This document shows, in pieces, positions 27,691 to 41,540 of a DNA stretch of 64,000 bases. The position numbers and the translations under genes were made by a program. Origin of the DNA: Octopus vulgaris (lineage: Eukaryota); contig OX597826.1 in assembly GCA_951406725.2 (NCBI GenBank), forward strand, positions 7,502,001-7,566,000, in the 5' to 3' direction. A model generated the notes under the pieces. That model saw only the letters and a program-made list of their open reading frames with translations. It was not told the DNA's origin and made no database searches. The number at the start of each line of letters is the position of its first letter. The first letter of the stretch is position 1.

Positions 27691-27999
27691 GAGTACCTAT
27701 ATCGCTAATGATACAAGTCAAAAAATACTTCTGTACCACCGAATAGTCACAATTCCATTACAGACAAGATAGGAAAAAATATCAGGGAACAATAATAACA
27801 TCTTACCTCAAATGGGTCAGAACAAGCAAATGCTGGTCAACTCGGTACCGGTTTCGAAATTTAGCGCCACCTAGGCGCGTGATTTCTCATCAGCCGAGGT
27901 CCGCCAGCTAAATAACTACTAACATTCTCCCCCATTATGCCTGCGAAAGTTCGTTTGAAGTGACCAATATATATATATATATATACATATGTATATATG

Positions 28000-28206
28000 T
28001 GACGGTGTGTGTACCGTTGGCGATTTTTTTCCTCCGTCTTCCCTTCTCTGGATCTTTCCTTCTCCTATGTTTCCGACGAAGAGCTCCGCCCGAAACGTTA
28101 AACCCTCCTTCTTTTCTTCTTTCCTGAGCGTCCAATAATACTATATTTGTTCCACGTCCCCGCGTTGTTGTGTTTTTTTTTTGTGCTTTCATGTTTGGAT
28201 TAACTC
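28000..28206 (+). mobile_element. Penelope-like pseudo-LTR fragment in (TA)n with a minimal hammerhead-like motif
   Basis: GTTT-CCGACGA-AGAGCTCCGCCC-GAAACGTT-AAAC at 28069-28103. Confidence 0.62.
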
Positions 28207-28964
28207 TATATACATAGCCGAGTCTACTATATATAATATAACGAGCTGAAAACTTCATCGAAATTAAATTGTCAGAACATATACGATACAAAATGTTCAC
28301 CGAAGCGCATTTCAAAATTCTAGAAAACGACAAAGAAAGGGGCTAACTCCAATAAAATTTATAGAAATTTTGGACACTATCAACCACACAGATTTTATCT
28401 GGTCTTAAAATTTGACAGATTGAATCTGGTTTCAAAAGTTAGTAGTAACTGTCATGTTTTGATCTTAGATCTTTCTAAGCAAAGAATATATTCTATTGAT
28501 CAAATGATGGCTATTTTACCGATTAACCCTCCAGTAGTTCAGTGGGGGGGGGTCTCTCGTACCCCAGGTGATGTTTGCATATGTGCATCTTACATCTGGT
28601 AGCAGTGATAATGTTATCAATCCATGTAATTTCTTAACACACTCCACTCAGTTAATGCACAGCTCCCTCAGTTACTTGCTGAGTGATGACAAGTATACAC
28701 AAGTGTTATTTGTGCTTTGGGTTGTGCATGCCCCACTATACCATTCACTGTACTATTTATTGACAGGTACATATTTGTTTTCTTTTTCTTATTGTTTATT
28801 TTACTTATTTAGTTTTATATCTGAAAGGCTGACTATTTCTCGCATAAAATTATATATTATTGTCAACTGACCAATATGTTTTTTTTGTTATTTGAGTATT
28901 CTTTTTGCCATAAAAGTGAGAAATCTTCTTTCATTTCAGATTCACAATAGTCTACGAAAGACAA

Positions 28965-30796
28965 ATGGAAAAATGAAGAGAGATGATTGGGAGAGAATTA
29001 GATATAGGAGAATCAGAATCATGTCTTGATGAAGAACCAGATGAAGAAGAATTTGAAGTGAAAGGAAGAACTGATGAAGAAAAATGACAGATGAAGAGGG
29101 GGGGAACTGAAGCAGATGGCATGTTGCAGACTTTATCAGATGACCCTTAGAAGAAACAGATAAAGCTAATAATGAAGATGAAGAGCAGGCTCTCAGCAAC
29201 ACAGAAAACAGTTCGTAGGCAAAAATAATAAAACTCTGTAAAGAAGTTCCCCCATGTCTCCCATGGCCTACTCATGCAACATATACCAGGATCCACCAAA
29301 ATAAGAGGATCAGCAAAATATGTGTAGGCTGCAAAGGACTGCTGGTCTTTGTTTTTCACACAAGAACTTCTGAATGAATTAGCGGCTTAAACTAATATCT
29401 ACATTGCCAGTAAACAAGGAAAATATAAAGCTAAGTCAAAAGAGAGACATGCTCATCAAAGCGAGATGAAAGCTACGATAGGACTGCTTTATCGTTTTAG
29501 GATATTCTAGAGTTGACCAAATGAATATGGAAGATGCCTGGGCAGCCGATGGTACAGGAATTGAAAATTTTCCGGCAACTATATCTTTGCATCGATTTCG
29601 TTTCCTGGTGAGGTCTATGAGGTTTGATGACATCTACACCTGGATCGAAAGGAGGCGAGAAGACAAGATTGTACTCTTTAGAAAGTTCTTTGAGAAATTT
29701 GTTCATTATTGTATCTCCATTTATAATATCTCAGAGTATGCGACAGTAGACTAAATGTTGGCTTCCTTTAGAGGGAACTCTCCATTTATGGTCCACATGA
29801 CAAGCAAACCAGCAAAATATAGCATAAAATATTTACTTTGGCAGATGCTAAATCTTTCTATGTGTCACATATGGAGGTCTACTTGGGGAAACAACCAGAA
29901 GACCTTCTTGTAGCAGATTACATATACATCCATATTTATAAAAGACCTCTCTCTATATATACGCACATTACTGTTTCTTCTCGGTCTCTCGCTGATCCAT
30001 CAATACGGTTAGTGTCTCATATAAATGGGTCTGGAAGAAATATTACAATGGCTAATTGGTTTACAAGTTACGGACTTGCAGTTGATCTCTTGAAGAATTA
30101 TAGATTAACATTAGTTGACACTCTGAGAATGAACAAGATAGAATTTACCCCTCAGTTTATTGCTACAAGAGGCAGAACTGAATACACAAGCTTTTTTTGG
30201 TTTCCAAAAGCATGTTACACCGAACTCATATGTTCTCAAGAAAGATAAAAATGTTGCCCTTACAGAGCACAATGCATCTTGATGCTGCAATTGATAAACG
30301 TACAAAAGAAAGGTGAACCATAGATTATTACCTTCTACAACAGTACTAAAGGAGGGGCAGACACCGTGGATCAGTTGTGTTCCATCTACAATGTTTCCAG
30401 AAATATTCGACGTTGGCCAGTTACAATTCTCTACACCACACTCAATATTTCAGGAATAAAGGCACACATTTTCATGGCAAACTCTCAAACAGCTATCAGG
30501 CACCGAAAGTTTTTGAGGAAACTGGGACTCACGTTAGTGGACGATCATATCTATCATCGCAAGACAAACCCATATTTGAGGAAGGACTTGAAAAGGTAGA
30601 TTCGACAATTCTCAGCATCTAAGTAATTACCTCCAAAACGTCATCGTGAAGATTCCATACAAAGATGCTCATTATGCCCCATGTCAAAAGATCGTAAGAT
30701 AAGAACTTGCTACCAGAAGTGCTTGGTAGATGCTATGCACATTTGCATTGATTGCTTTGCTCAGAATAACGAGGATGATAGTGCAAACAATGAGTA
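28965..30796 (+). pseudogene. piggyBac transposase pseudogene (PGBD4-like)
   Basis: FPATISLHRFRFLVRSMRFDD, ATVD*ML.SFRG, KPAKYSIK, SGRNITMANWFTS (second catalytic Asp replaced by Ala), YNSTKGGADTVDQLCS.Y..SR..RRWP and a C-terminal Cys-rich RCSLCP...C..C domain. Multiple stops and frameshifts. Confidence 0.9.
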
Positions 30797-30904
30797 AATA
30801 ATAAATATGAAAGTAGCACTCCCCTTACCAAAATTAGCTTTATTTTGCTTGACCTTCATTTTCAAAGAGTATTCGTTTGTATTTGTTTACATGTTAAATA
30901 AATA

Positions 30905-31284
30905 CACTTGCGTCAGAAGTTAATTAGCACTTCTCAAATTTCTACATTAAATAGGTTAAATCAATTAACCTATGAGCTGTTCAAAACGTCTTACGCGATG
31001 AGAAAACTTAGTATGGTGTGATTTCGGTTCTTGCGAGGCGCTACCTATATCTATTAAACAAAGGAAGATTTGTCTGCATCCGCACTCCAAGTTGTTGTTG
31101 CACTGCTATGTCAACATCATAAGGCTGTAGACTCTCAAACTGCTCTGCAAACAAAGTTACGTCATCGTTCTGCGCAACAGTGAACTCGCAACGAAGCAAT
31201 AGTTCGAGATATGGCCACTAGGTGACAGCACATACCTTGAGTGAAGAGCAAATCAAGGGTGCTAATTAATTTCTGACGGTAGTG
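30905..31284. mobile_element. Tc1/mariner-type MITE nested in the piggyBac 3' region
   Basis: 26-bp TIRs CACTTGCGTCAGAAGTTAATTAGCAC versus reverse complement CACTACCGTCAGAAATTAATTAGCAC (23/26), flanked by TA on both sides. Confidence 0.88.
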
Positions 31285-32079
31285 TACATTATACCAGAAT
31301 ATGCTTTTTTGGTAATATTATTACTTAAGAACACATATAAAGTAATAAAATGTATTAAAAATAGCCGAAACTATGAGTGGAGTTCTCCATATCCCACCGC
31401 CCTAACCATGAAAATTTCAGAACCGCACCACGGGACGGTTAATGAATAACTGATGCTTAAAATGGGGATACCATTACAAACAAGGATCGGGGACAAACCA
31501 GCTTCCTGATTTAGGGTTAAATCTATTGTTTAAATCTGCTCCAAATGTAACAATAATACAGGGATCTGTGTCTCTCCCAATGACCCAGGCTATAACAATA
31601 TAAACTGCTCTTAACGAATTCATTATTGCTTTGAACTTATCAGCACTCTTTCTGCTTCTCATCTCATCTCTTCCTCAGTATTGAAACCATACAACTGTAT
31701 TCATTTGTGTATCTGGTTGCGTTTTGTCAGCAAACAATTTCCTCGATATATCAGAAAACCTTTCCACAAATAGCTCTTATGTGGGCTCACTAAAAGCACC
31801 TTCGCGTTTCGTAAGGCAAATTTAACTTTAAAAGAAGATGAAATTACAATCTTATTTTCAAAATAACAGTAAGTTCGAACAGATGCGTTTTTCTGTGCTC
31901 TACGGATTTTGCTATCCTTTTCCAATTTTCTAAAATACAATAGATCAAAATTTTGCGGGTTATACATGCACCACTAACATGATTTATTAATTCTGTAGGA
32001 TTTTCATCACATAATATTTTTATATTATATCCTTTTGGATATAATTTCATATCTCAGATAATTATGGCAAATACTCACA

Positions 32080-32262
32080 CGGTTCTGTGAATTTCGTTTT
32101 TGGATTTGGTTTGCAAGATTATTTATATGAGTTCGTGTGTTGATGCATTTTCTGTTGTTTCTGGGGAGATTCATTCTCTTTTGGTGCCTTATTATTTAAC
32201 ACACTCACCGGTAACATTTCCACTTATTTCTTATTTTTTGCTTTCTAAAACTTTCGTTGCGT
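32080..32262 (-). repeat. Interspersed repeat fragment, possibly a Penelope-like pLTR; related to 52300-52425
   Basis: Shared GGGGAGA.TCATT...CCTTATTATTTAACACAC.CACCG...TTTCCACT block. Confidence 0.55.
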
Positions 32263-32310
32263 TGTTGTTGTTGTTGTTTTTGTTGCTGTTGCTATTGTTA
32301 TTATTATTAT

Positions 32311-33590
32311 TCAGTAGTTTTATTTTTATAGCGTGCTTTCACTTCACTACCGAGCGCAGCTCTGTGTACCTTGGGTATGTGCTGTGATTTGTTGTGATGC
32401 TCTGATGGTTATTGTATGGAAAGTGTTCTGCGTAGGATGTGTGCAGTGCCTAGTAGTGCAATTTTCTGTATGTTATATGTGTTTGTAAGTCCTGGTGTTT
32501 TTGTTATGTATTTGTCTGAATATTTTTTTATCATGCCTAATGCACCTACTATGATAGGAATTGTTTCTGTTTTTAGATTCCACATTCTAGTTATCTCTAT
32601 TTCCAGGTCTTTGTATTTTGAGAGTTTCTCCATTTCTTTTAGAGACACGTTGTCATCTGCCGGTATTGATACATCAATTAGAAAGCATTTTTTTCTTCAT
32701 GATCTCTGACAACTATATCTGGTCTGTTGGCCTTAATTTCTCTATCTGTGTGTATCGGCATATCCCAGAGTATGGTTGCTTTCTCGTTTTCTGTGACCTT
32801 TTCTGGTGTGTGCCTATACCAATTTTTTATCTGTTGTTATTCCATAATGTTGGCATAGCTTCCAATGTATGTAGGTTCAACTCTGTCATGTCTGTGAATA
32901 TATTCCTTCTTAGCCAGGACTGGGCAGCTAGAGATAATATGATTTATTGTTTCTTGTCCATCTCCACATATTCTGCAGTTACTTGTAATATTTCTTTTCA
33001 TTACATGTTTTTGGTAATTTCTGGTGGGGAGGATTTGGTCTTGTGCTGCAATTAAAAATCCCTCTGTTTCTGCTTTGAGTCCTGAGCTTCTCAACCATTG
33101 CTGGGATTTTTCTTTGTCTATTTCTTTTGCGTTTAGTTTAGTGCAGTATTTACCATGAAGGGGCTTTTCTTGCCATCGTTTTATCATGGCTCGTTGCTGT
33201 TCTATTTTTAGTTTGGATTTCATTTGTTTTATAGCTTTTGTTGTTTCTTCATCATCTTCTTCTTCTTCTTTGTGTTTATTAGGTGGTATGATTTCTTGTT
33301 TGTATTTGTCAGCTTCCTTAAATACTGAGAACAGTTTTTTGTTTTGCTCGTGTTTTGCTGCTATCTGGATCAGTTTTCCTTCCTTCTGAAGTAGGTAATT
33401 TTGCAGTCCTATGGTGGTTATTTTATAGTAGTTTTCCAGCTGTATAAGGCCTCTACCACCTTCTATACGTTGTATATATAGTCTTTCTATGTCAGAATTT
33501 GGGTGATGCATCCTAGATCCTGTCAGTATTTTTCTTGTTTTCCTATCTATTTTGGACAGTTCATTTCGTGTCCAGTTAAGGATATTGTAT
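32311..33590 (-). mobile_element. 5'-truncated R4/Dong-like LINE, family B
   Basis: ORFs 32837-33511 (ERLYIQRIEGGRGL, WQEKPLHG, ETEGFLIAAQDQ, CRICGDGQETINHIISSC) and 32409-32648 (RLE C-terminus). Flanked by (TTG/TTA)n and (TTC/TTA)n. Confidence 0.95.
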
Positions 33591-33597
33591 TCTTCTT

Positions 33598-34805
<1,208 letters not shown>

Positions 34806-34806
<1 letters not shown>

Positions 34807-35108
34807 TATGTTTGACTTTTGCTTTATATTTGTACAAGTTGGCTCCAAATCTTACCCAGAGACCTCAAGAGACAACAGGTTGGAAGTTCGTGTTGTTGTT
34901 ATGCCTAATGTGCCATATATTTGGTTTTGTATTTAATGTTGTACTAGTGAATGTCTAAAAAAAACATACGAAAATTGTTAGTTTTAAAACCTGAGATCAC
35001 ATAGAAAGTATTTTGCTTAGGATATGAGCAGTTCCCATGAGCACTATCTTTTGAATTTCTTCCATGTTGGGGTTTCCTGGTATCTGAGTTAGGTAGCAAT
35101 CAGCCCCT
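34806..35108 (-). mobile_element. Short 3' fragment of R4/Dong-like LINE, family C
   Basis: The minus strand encodes YLTQIPGNPNMEEIQKIVLMGTAHILSKILSM* followed by a distinct 3' UTR; (TTA)n on both sides. Confidence 0.88.
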
Positions 35109-35266
35109 TATTATTATTATTATTATTATTATTGTTGTTGTTATTGTTGTCTTTGTTGTTGCTGCTGCTGCTGTTGTTGTTGTTGTTATTGTTATTATTA
35201 TTATTATTGTTATTATTGTTATTATTATTATTACTATTATTATTATTATTATCATCATCATCATCA

Positions 35267-35300
<34 letters not shown>

Positions 35301-35499
35301 CATTACTGCTTCTAACAAACGTACAAGGTTGGAAATTCAAGGCAGGAGATTTTTTGATAAAATGTGCTGCAATGTTTGACACGTATATTCGTTTTTCAAT
35401 CCCGGATTGATGAAAGTCGGAGTTGAATTGCCAAGATTGGCTCTCAGAACGTACAGTAGGAACGCTTAATTAACATAAGTGATTTTACCCAACGAGCGA

Positions 35500-35636
35500 T
35501 GGAGTAGCTGGGTCGTAAGTAGCTTGCTTACGGACCACATGGTTCCGGGTTCAGTCCCACTGCGTGGCACCTTGGGCAAATGTCTTCTACTTGTGTGTGG
35601 ATTTGGTAGACGGAAAGTGAAAGAAGCCCGTCGTAG

Positions 35637-35696
<60 letters not shown>

Positions 35697-35940
35697 CTGT
35701 GTCTGTGTCTGTGTGTGTATACGTGTGTGTGTGTCTGTGTTTGTCCCCCAGCATCGCTTGGCAACTGATGTTGGTGTGTTTACGTCCCCGTAACTTATCG
35801 GTTCGGTAAAAGAGACCGATAGAATAAGTACTAGGCTTAAAAAGAATAAGTCCTCGGGTCAATTTGCTTGACTAAAGGTGGTGCTCCCGCATGGCCATAG
35901 TCAAATGACTGAAACAAGTAAAAGAGTAAAAAAAAGAGTA
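35500..35940 (+). mobile_element. SINE family 1
   Basis: GTAAGTAGCTTGCTTACG...GGTTCAGTCCC, CCTTGGGCAAATGTCTT, GTAAAAGAGTAAA tail. Confidence 0.88.
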
Positions 35941-35999
35941 ATCCATTGTCCAATTCTGCTGAATGGGATGACTTCATATATTTTCCAAAAAGAGCAAAG

Positions 36000-38200
36000 A
36001 ATGAAATTGCAGTTACGGATACATCATGGATTAAGGACTCTGACTTGATTTAATCGAGAATCCCTTCACTTGCATGCCCACCAAGACTACTAAGACAAAA
36101 TCCTTCCTCGACTATAATTCTCCGACATATTTGTTTAATGCGAGCAGCCATGATCGCTTCTGTCAACCGCTCTTATAAACTGTTACTGGAGGAGAGTTTG
36201 TCTGCTTTTGTCTCTCAACCTCCTTCGCAAATGGATATTAGGAATTAGATGTTTGTCAGGATATTAAAGTGTATGTCTACACTCTACCCGCATAAAAAAC
36301 TATTTTGCCAAAACCGCAATTTTGCCCTTTTAAAGCAAGGCGGGAGTGTAGCTTTTAAAGTGAAGTCGTTCGATACATGGATCTCACTTACACAGGGAAA
36401 ATATCTAACAGAACTCCAGAGACCGTTAACGCTTGCACACTAAACATGTGCAGAAGAGTTTTGAGTCTCTACACGCACCTTGCGCAGAGCTACTTACCTG
36501 AAATTCAATTTGTTAGCCATTTATAGACGCTATCCACAGTTCCCGGACCGAAAGTACTCCGGAACAGAACAGTTAGGTTATTCTCATCGAGGTGTAGCGC
36601 TTAACTATGAACGTTACGGTTCTTCCCTGCCACTGTTAAACTGGAACTTCCATCGACCGCTTTGCTGTACAGTTGAATATAGTGAGTAATAGAGAATATT
36701 TCAAGCTAGTGTCCAGTTTTGGACTTTGTTTGGCCGGAGACTGCAATTCCTATTTCTTTACTACCCACAAGGAGCTAAACACAGAGGGGATAAACAAAGA
36801 GAGACAAACGGATTAAGTCGATTACATCGACCCCAATGGTACTTAATTTACCGACCCCGAAAGGATGAACGGTAAAGTCGACCTCGGCGGAATTTGAACT
36901 CAGAACGTAGCGGTAGCCGAAATACCACTAAGCAGTCCGGCTGGCGTGCTAACGATTCTGCCAGCTGCAATTCCATCAAAGAAATAAGCAGTGATAGACA
37001 TACTTGACAATGGCGGATCACTGTCAAGAAATATCTGTAGATAATGAGCATGTCTGCACAACAACAACCGCGGCATGCAGAACCTTCCTTACAAAAGTTG
37101 TTCACTACCTAGACTACCTGTTCAGTGGAAAACCTCCTTATCACAAAAAGTGGATGCACAGTTGTTCCAATATTTCCAGATGAAACCTGAAACAAGTCGT
37201 GAGACAGTTAAGTATAACGGATCGAATATACGCTCCTTGAGTTTCATTTCTTTGTGACACAAACCTGCTCGTAAACGTGCCCCAGTTACTATATAGCTAG
37301 GACTTCAGAGTGAATAAAGCAGTACAGCCGTTCGCTAGTCTTTCTGTCCAATATCACACTCCTCTTATTTGCGCTTTTTGTTTTTCGACAAAATTACTCT
37401 CATTATTATTATTCCCAGGCTCGGGGATATGGAGACTCATCCGTTCTACTGCTAATTTCAGTAGACATCGGTGAATAAGATTGCCATATACACATAAAGC
37501 TCAAATGGAAGACTACCAAACCGGATGATTTTCTTGTTAATCTACTAACACCGTATGTATCTTAGCTGGCGTTAATGAAATTTACTCACACGTCGGGTTT
37601 TTCCTCTGAAAGGCATGATAAATCGATACTTAGGTACATAACATTATTCAGTTTGCTGCTTGCATTGAACAGTTGAACAAAATACCGCTCGAAAAATGTA
37701 CGTATCTGCTTGCAATCGATTATATTCTGTTCATCCTGGGCTATCAAAAAACTAACTCTGGTTTTATTGCTATACCACACCTCTGTCACTGGAGACGATC
37801 AAATTGCTTACTAGCAACAGTAGTCGAACGCGCTGATCCATGAAAGCCCAGTCTAAAAGCCTCATCAAAAGGAAATTCAATTTTTCGTATTTTTCAACGT
37901 TTGACTGAAGTATTTGCAATCTGGTTTCTGTCGTAGGCTTAGACACCATTGATTTTTCTTTTACGCTGTTTCGATACTCCAAAGGACATATAATAAATCA
38001 TAATTTTAAAAAATGGTCCTAGCAGATAAATCTCTGATCTTAGGTACCCTCACAAGGGTTCAATTTTTCAACTCATTCCAGCAAGTTTATTCAAAAGTAC
38101 AAAAGAAAAACTTTTCACCAGATTCAGTTGTCTCTGAAGCGCCCTTTCATTTTCCTTCTTTATATCCTTTTACTAGAAGTAACAGCCAAGGATTTTTTTC
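36000..38200 (-). mobile_element. Old L1/Tx1-like LINE ORF2 remnant
   Basis: Minus-strand fragments IIDCKQIRTFFERYFVQLF and KKIIRFGSLPFELY resemble the I...F..Y..LF and KSPGxDGLPxEFY motifs in the expected order. Boundaries are approximate. Confidence 0.5.
36751..36964 (-). mobile_element. Meta-domain SINE monomer (tail A), 10-bp TSD
   Basis: CTGCAATTCC at 36741-36750 and 36965-36974. Confidence 0.9.
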
Positions 38201-38439
38201 AAATTCATAGTATCGTATAAAAGACAGAAGCATATGCTATCAGTGTAATCGTTTCACCATTCAACCATCTTAGTAATAATAACAATTATTTTTAATTTGG
38301 GCAAACGATCAGCGATTTTGGATTAAGCGAATGATCCTAACACAAAATTGGAATTTTATTTCATCAATGACTGAAAGTCGTACATTAAGGTTGAGACAAG
38401 CGGGTTAAGAATTCAAAACAGAATAATAATAATAATAAT

Positions 38440-38643
38440 TTCAAATTTTGGCACAAGACCAGCACTTTGGAGGCGGCTTAAGTCGATCACATCGATCCCA
38501 GTGATCAATTGATACTTATATTTTCGATCTCGAAAGGATGAACGGCAAAGTCGGCCTTGACAGGATTTGTTAGAACGTAAGGACGGATGAAATGCCGTGA
38601 AGCATTTTGTCCAGCGTGCTAATGATTCTGCCGGCTTGCTGCC

Positions 38644-38690
<47 letters not shown>

Positions 38691-38700
38691 TAATAATAAC

Positions 38701-38771
<71 letters not shown>

Positions 38772-39026
38772 CAACAACAACAACAACTACAACAATAATA
38801 TTAATAATAATACTTTCTATTATAGGTACGAGGAGGCTTGAAATTTGCGGGGAGGAAATCAGTCGATTAGATCGACCCAAGTACGCAACTGATACTTAAT
38901 TTATCGACTCCGAAAGGAAGAAAGGTAAAGTTGACCTCGGTAGAATTTGAACTCAGAGCGTAGCGACAGCCGGAACACCGCTAAGCATTTCGTCCGGCAT
39001 GCTAACCATTCTGCCCACTCGCCGCC
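38440..39026 (-). mobile_element. Two Meta-domain SINEs separated by an expanded (AAT)n tract
   Basis: Family 2 cores at about 38530 and 38910; (AAT)n at 38644-38810 and after 39027. Confidence 0.8.
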
Positions 39027-39066
39027 AATAATAATGATAGTAATAATAATAATGATAATAATAATG

Positions 39067-39140
<74 letters not shown>

Positions 39141-39144
<4 letters not shown>

Positions 39145-39522
39145 TAAAGACCTACTCATTGAAATTGAGAAAATGTGGCACCTCAAGGCGGTTACAATAC
39201 CAGTGATCGTAGGAGCACTAGGAATGATCAAGAAGGGAACCGAAAATTATATGAGAATGATCCCTGGCTTACCATCCCTGCAAGAAGTGCAAAAGATTGT
39301 CTTAACTGGTACATCACACGTATTGAGAAGAGCATTGTCGATGTGAGAACTGTTGCTGCTCATGTATTTTAATTTAACTTAAAAAAAAAAAAAAAAAAAA
39401 ATTAACGAACTACCGAGTTTGGTTTAATGGCCTACCAATATACACTATGAGTTTCTTTGCCCTAGGAGTCGGGAAGACACTCGGCAAGAAATGGAAGAAA
39501 ATTTGAAAGAAGAAAAAAAAAA

Positions 39523-39523
<1 letters not shown>
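39141..39523 (+). mobile_element. Short 3' fragment of R4/Dong-like LINE, family D
   Basis: Encodes YKDLLIEIEKMWHLKAVTIPVIVGALGMIKKG...QKIVLTGTSHVLRRALSM*, then its own 3' UTR; (AAT)n on both sides. Confidence 0.9.
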
Positions 39524-39554
<31 letters not shown>

Positions 39555-39577
39555 TAAAAAAAAAAATAATAATAATG

Positions 39578-39716
39578 TTTTCAATATAGACACAGGGCCG
39601 GAAGTTTAGGGGAGGGTGATAGTCGATTGCCTCGACCCACGGTGTTCATCTGGTACTTATTTTATCGACTCCGAAAGGATGAAAGGCGAAGTCGACCTCA
39701 GCCGAATTTGAACTCA
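39578..39716 (-). mobile_element. Meta-domain SINE fragment
   Basis: GAAAGGATGAAAGGCGAAGTCGACCTC core. Confidence 0.8.
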
Positions 39717-39773
39717 ATATAATAATAATAATAATGATGATGACGATGATGATGATGATAATGACGATGACGA

Positions 39774-39807
<34 letters not shown>

Positions 39808-39930
39808 GGTGTTGGTGATGGTGGTCATCGTCGTCGTGTTCGCGGTCGTGATCGTGGTTGAGTTCAGGGTGGTGGTGGTGGTAATTATGATGATGACGAT
39901 GATGATGATGATTATGATGGCCATGATGCA

Positions 39931-39978
<48 letters not shown>

Positions 39979-40080
39979 AAAACAAGATATTATCCCTTAT
40001 TGCCATGATGATGACAGATCAAAGGAGCAGAATATTTAGCACGCAAACACACACATACGCATAGATGTACAAACTCACAT

Positions 40081-40123
<43 letters not shown>

Positions 40124-40420
40124 TGCAGATATGTTTATATGTGTGTGTGTGTGAGTGCTGCTGCACTCTTGTACTTATTTAGCTATCAATTTCTCTCTGT
40201 CTCTCCTTCTCTCTCACTCTCTCTCTCTCTCTCTCACACGCACACTCTCTCCCTCTCTCTCTCACACACTCTCTCCCTCTCTCCCTCTCTCCCTCTCTCT
40301 CTCTCTCTTCGGTGTTTGTAGCTTGTGTGCCTGCGTGCACGCCCACACTAACACATGCATACATACATACATACATACATACAAACATGCATACATACAT
40401 ACATACGTACATACATACAA

Positions 40421-40451
<31 letters not shown>

Positions 40452-40732
40452 CATACATGCATACATATATGTATATATATATATATATATACATACATAC
40501 ATACATACACATACATACATATATGCGTACATACGTACATACATACATACCTACATACGTACATACATACATATATATACATACATACATATAGATACAT
40601 ACATACATATATACATACATACATACACACATACATACACACATACATACATTCATACACGCATACACACATACATACATACATACATACATACGTACAC
40701 ACATACATACATACATACATACATACGTACAC

Positions 40733-40763
<31 letters not shown>

Positions 40764-40982
40764 CATACATACATATAGATACATACATACATATATACAT
40801 ACATACATACATACATATACATACATACACGCACAAACACACAGAAATATGTGGGCTGCATCATCATCATCATCATCATCATCAACGACAACATTAATGT
40901 CACAAATCAACATTTTCAACCCATGTTGCAGTAGACGGCAAGTAGTAGTAGTAGTAGTTGCTGTTGTTTTTGTTGTACAGTT

Positions 40983-41040
<58 letters not shown>

Positions 41041-41540
41041 AAGTAACTGAAGAAGAAGAGGAGGAGGAGGAAGAAGAAGGAGAAGACGGAGAAGGAGGAG
41101 GAGGAGAAGAAGAACACGAAGACGAAGAAGAAGACGGAGAAGGAGGAGGTGGAGAAGGAGAAGAAGAAGAAGAAGAAGAAGAAGAAGAAGAAGAAGAAGA
41201 AGAAGAAGAAGAAGAAGAAGAAGAAGAAATGTAAGCCGTTCACGACTTCAGCAATTGCACTAATGTCAGCCACTGGGATGACAATGAAGTATAGCAGCAG
41301 CAACTGTTGCTGCAACTTTAACAGCAGCACCACCACCATCAACAGCAGCAGCTCTAACAGCTACAGCAGCAGCATCATCATCATCAGTGCCAATCACAAC
41401 AACAACAACGGTAACAATAACAGCAGCAGGTGTAACAGCAGTAGATGTAGATCTGCAGCAGGGAGAGCAGCAGTAGAGGCCGCAGCAGCAGCCGCGGCAG
41501 CAGCGGCAGCAGCGGCAGCAGCGGCAGCAGCAGCAACTTT
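39717..41540. repeat. Compound low-complexity region: (GAT)n, (CT)n, (CATA)n, (TAG)n, (GAA)n, (GCA)n
   Basis: Direct reading. Confidence 0.9.

Larger units (their letters stand above)
28527..31438 (+). mobile_element. Full-length decayed piggyBac DNA transposon
   Basis: TTAA at 28523-28526 and 31439-31442. Left terminus CCCTCCAGTAGTTC versus right terminus reverse complement CCGTCCCGTGGTGC (10/14). Subterminal GC palindromes and internal transposase remnants. Confidence 0.9.
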
